DNA of 48,237 bases from Candidatus Parcubacteria bacterium (lineage in GTDB: Bacteria > Patescibacteriota > Minisyncoccia > Phycocordibacterales > UBA6065), in assembly GCA_039796155.1 (NCBI GenBank), contig JBDKKJ010000005.1, positions 1 to 48,237 on the forward strand, written 5' to 3'. Shown in pieces: positions 45,839-48,237 of this stretch; position 1 is the stretch's first letter, and each line of letters starts with the position of its first letter. The notes under the pieces are model-generated. The model was not told where the DNA came from. It worked only from the letters and a program-made list of their open reading frames with translations, and made no database searches. The translations under genes and the position numbers were made by a program.

Positions 45839-47152
45839 TTATCGGTTAAATTTTGAAAGCTTTTTCCTCTTTAAGTAGAAACGTACCGCAATTAATCCTC
45901 CTGTTCCCGCTGTAAGAACCGTGAGCGCAAAGAGAGTTGTAACAATATTATTTTTTGTAGTTGTCTTTGCTGTTTCAGGAACACAATTTCCACCAAAAGA
46001 AGTACATGTGAATGTTTGCTTTGTCCTTCCGATTATTTTTCCTGCCTCTGAAGCAATAAGCGTTTCAACGATGTACTCTTTTGAAGCGAAACTAAAGTCT
46101 TTTGTAAATTCAAACTTGCTACCCGGGTTAATTTTAAACACCGCCCTTTCAATTGGTTTTCCTTGAGGATTTGAAACTGTAACCATGACCGTTCGTATTT
46201 CTTTGTCATTTGCGAATGCATTCTGCACACAACCAATTACAAAACCGTTACCTATAGAGCCAATCTTACCGATAGAAACAAAATTAACCATTGCCTCTCC
46301 TACAGGACGCTCAACTGAAAAAGTAATCATAGGAGAAATGTCATTAACGTTTGCTTGTACAACAACCTGATACAAAGAGTAATTTGAATCAGAAACAGAA
46401 TATGAAATATTTTTGCGAGATTCCGCTGCAAGTTCAACTGTCTCTACAAACGAACTTACAAGATTTTTTTCACTTCCTGCGTCCCATCGATACACTTTCC
46501 AAGCCACAGGGACTGAGACAGCTTTAGTCGAAGGATTTACAATATCAACGCTTGAAGAAATTGGTTTTACCTTGTCGCCATCTGCCTTTTTGAGAGTCGC
46601 CGCGTCAAAATAAACGATCGAAAGTGGATTTGCATTCTTTATTGTTATTACTTTCTCGACTGTGTTCGCACCGCTTTTATCAGCAATTGAGAGATCTGGG
46701 TTTTCCTTGTTAAAACCGTCATTAAGTACGTATGCGACATCAAGAGTGTATTTACCCTGTGGGAGAGATGCAGGGAAAGAAATGTCTACACTAACGGTAC
46801 GAGCTTCATCCTTTGAGAGGAGTAAGTTTGTAAGAGGGAGAGTTCTTACAAACACAGAATCTTTTGCTTTGGTGAGAATTTTATCAGTAAGTCCGCTCGC
46901 TATGAGTCGAACCATAACAGATCCGCCCGAGAGTGGGAGACCTGAAATATTTTTGAGCTTAAGTGTCACAGGCATACTCGTTCCGGCAAGTATGTTGTCG
47001 GACGGAAGCGTGACAGAAAGATCAACCATATTTTGTCCGTATGTAGGACAAACAAAAGCATCCGTACTTACTTTTGTTTCTGCTGCAGAAACAAAAGTAA
47101 AAGCTGATAAAAATACTGATAATAAAAGAACTCCCAAAGTGTACTTTTTCAT
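45839..47152 (-). CDS. Exported beta-rich protein with C-terminal TM anchor
   Basis: Signal peptide, Ig-like strands (P.SLPQGKYTL), C-terminal TM helix plus basic tail. Confidence 0.7.
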   Translation of the reverse strand: MKKYTLGVLLLSVFLSAFTFVSAAETKVSTDAFVCPTYGQNMVDLSVTLPSDNILAGTSMPVTLKLKNISGLPLSGGSVMVRLIASGLTDKILTKAKDSVFVRTLPLTNLLLSKDEARTVSVDISFPASLPQGKYTLDVAYVLNDGFNKENPDLSIADKSGANTVEKVITIKNANPLSIVYFDAATLKKADGDKVKPISSSVDIVNPSTKAVSVPVAWKVYRWDAGSEKNLVSSFVETVELAAESRKNISYSVSDSNYSLYQVVVQANVNDISPMITFSVERPVGEAMVNFVSIGKIGSIGNGFVIGCVQNAFANDKEIRTVMVTVSNPQGKPIERAVFKINPGSKFEFTKDFSFASKEYIVETLIASEAGKIIGRTKQTFTCTSFGGNCVPETAKTTTKNNIVTTLFALTVLTAGTGGLIAVRFYLKRKKLSKFNR

Positions 47153-47229
47153 GCAATAAGTATATCAGAAAGCTGTTTATAGCCCTATAAATTTGAGGCA
47201 TAATAGCTATTGACAAATACTAAAATGAC

Positions 47230-48237
47230 CTTAAATTCTAGACTGAAGTGCAACACATCTTTTCATACATTTCCGCCGGTGTTCGCCAGGAGAGAGACTT
47301 TCTTGGTGTGTGATTCATAAAGTGAATCACCACATCAAGCTGTCTTTGGGTAATGGTACTAAAGTCAAAGCCTTTGGGGAATACTCGGCGAAGTCTGCCA
47401 TTGGTATTTTCATTCTTGCCTCTCTCCCACGGGTGGTGAGCATTAGCAAAATATACCGTAGCGTCTGTATCTCTTTCAATCAATTCCCAGAGAGCAAATT
47501 CTGAACCACGATCATACGTAACATCTCCTTTGATGCGTTGATGCTTTTTCAATACAGCGAAAACAGCATCAGCTGTTCCGTTTGGAATGAGGTCTGCAAC
47601 AGTGAAGAGACTCGTTCTCTCAACATGAGTTAAGACCTGTGACTTGGTTCCACCTTTAACAGTGTCACCTTCCCAAGATACCTCACTTTCTGGACGCTCA
47701 ATGATATTGCGTACATTTCTCGTCCAGCCTTGTTTCTGTTCACGATTTCCACCATATCGCCTTCGTTTCTTTCCCCGATACGGAAGCAGTCTTTTCAAAT
47801 CAGGACGTGAACGATCAATCCAGGCATATATTGTTTCGTGGACGATTCCAAGTTCATGAGCAATCACTTCGGGTGAACGGAGTGGATGCAAGAGCGATAC
47901 GATCCGGTCTTCTAGATCTGCGTTGTTTTCAATCAATCGATATTCCTGTTTTGAGTTTCTTCTCCGTCTCCTTGCGAGCAGATCTGCATGTGTCGCGTGA
48001 TACCCACCTGTATCGGTTTGATTTCTTTTGAGCTCTCTTGATACAGTACCTGGATTCATCCCCAGTTCTCGTGCTGCAGAGGCCTGACTATGCCCTGCAT
48101 ACAGGAGTGCGCCTAGCGCAACTCTTCTGTCGCGGTTAATATGTGAATACATACCCGTATGGTTGCTAGTGATTAAACACTTCTAGCGTACCGTACGGGT
48201 ATGTTCGTTGTCATTGCACTTCAGGGGAGAATTCACC
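47230..48237 (-). mobile_element. IS30-family insertion sequence, apparently complete and reaching the window end
   Basis: Imperfect terminal IRs: aattctagactgaagtgcaa (47234-47253) and ttgcacttcaggggagaatt (48214-48233), 17/20 complementary; transposase stop lies inside the IR. Confidence 0.88.
47238..48152 (-). CDS. IS30-family DDE transposase
   Basis: HTH (TVSRELKRN), SPE.I..ETIY, WEGDTV, TYDRGSEF, PWERGKNENTNGRLR and PRKSL.W.TPAE. Confidence 0.95.
   Translation of the reverse strand: MYSHINRDRRVALGALLYAGHSQASAARELGMNPGTVSRELKRNQTDTGGYHATHADLLARRRRRNSKQEYRLIENNADLEDRIVSLLHPLRSPEVIAHELGIVHETIYAWIDRSRPDLKRLLPYRGKKRRRYGGNREQKQGWTRNVRNIIERPESEVSWEGDTVKGGTKSQVLTHVERTSLFTVADLIPNGTADAVFAVLKKHQRIKGDVTYDRGSEFALWELIERDTDATVYFANAHHPWERGKNENTNGRLRRVFPKGFDFSTITQRQLDVVIHFMNHTPRKSLSWRTPAEMYEKMCCTSV

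Noticed and set aside
40915-47152. Prophage suggested by the S74 tail-fibre chaperone domain
   Set aside because: No integrase, terminase, capsid or portal genes; the neighbouring proteins have Sec-type signals or anchors.
1-48237. Alternative genetic code (TGA=Gly, as in Gracilibacteria/Absconditabacteria)
   Set aside because: Conserved genes are full length under code 11, and TGA ends genes at ATGA/GTGA overlaps (3858, 14101, 14550).
47225-48237. Target-site duplication of the IS30
   Set aside because: The window ends at the element's end, so the second flank is not visible.

Overview
Chromosomal fragment of a small-genome bacterium, most likely Patescibacteria/CPR (Parcubacteria-like). 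This is inferred from the monoderm type IV pilus set without pilQ, split ComEC, very short intergenic spaces, absence of obvious Shine-Dalgarno motifs and many short-anchor secreted proteins. TGA is used as a stop, so the code is standard table 11. The first 29 kb is mostly housekeeping: rsmC-like, M50 protease, rpmB, Nudix, ComEC plus its MBL domain, sod, rnhA, recJ, HIT, pgk, tpiA, T4P genes, four tRNAs, rplS, folD, pilB and dsbA. From 29.2 to 47.2 kb is an 18-gene minus-strand island of exported proteins, bounded by an intact-looking IS30 that reaches the window end. The best candidate for an undescribed system is in this island. It has six tandem paralogs of a Cys-rich helical domain with five invariant His plus a Met in register (His3 / His2Met-like), Cys-less cupredoxins (one fused to that domain), an N-terminal-His protein and a secreted protein whose core is about half tyrosine. 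Together these suggest an extracellular copper-dependent tyrosine-modifying or cross-linking system (inference only). A second candidate is a non-canonical tRNA-like RNA near 19.98-20.13 kb with G3.U70/A73 and a 16-bp alternative pairing. Many genes appear to be transcribed as leaderless mRNAs.
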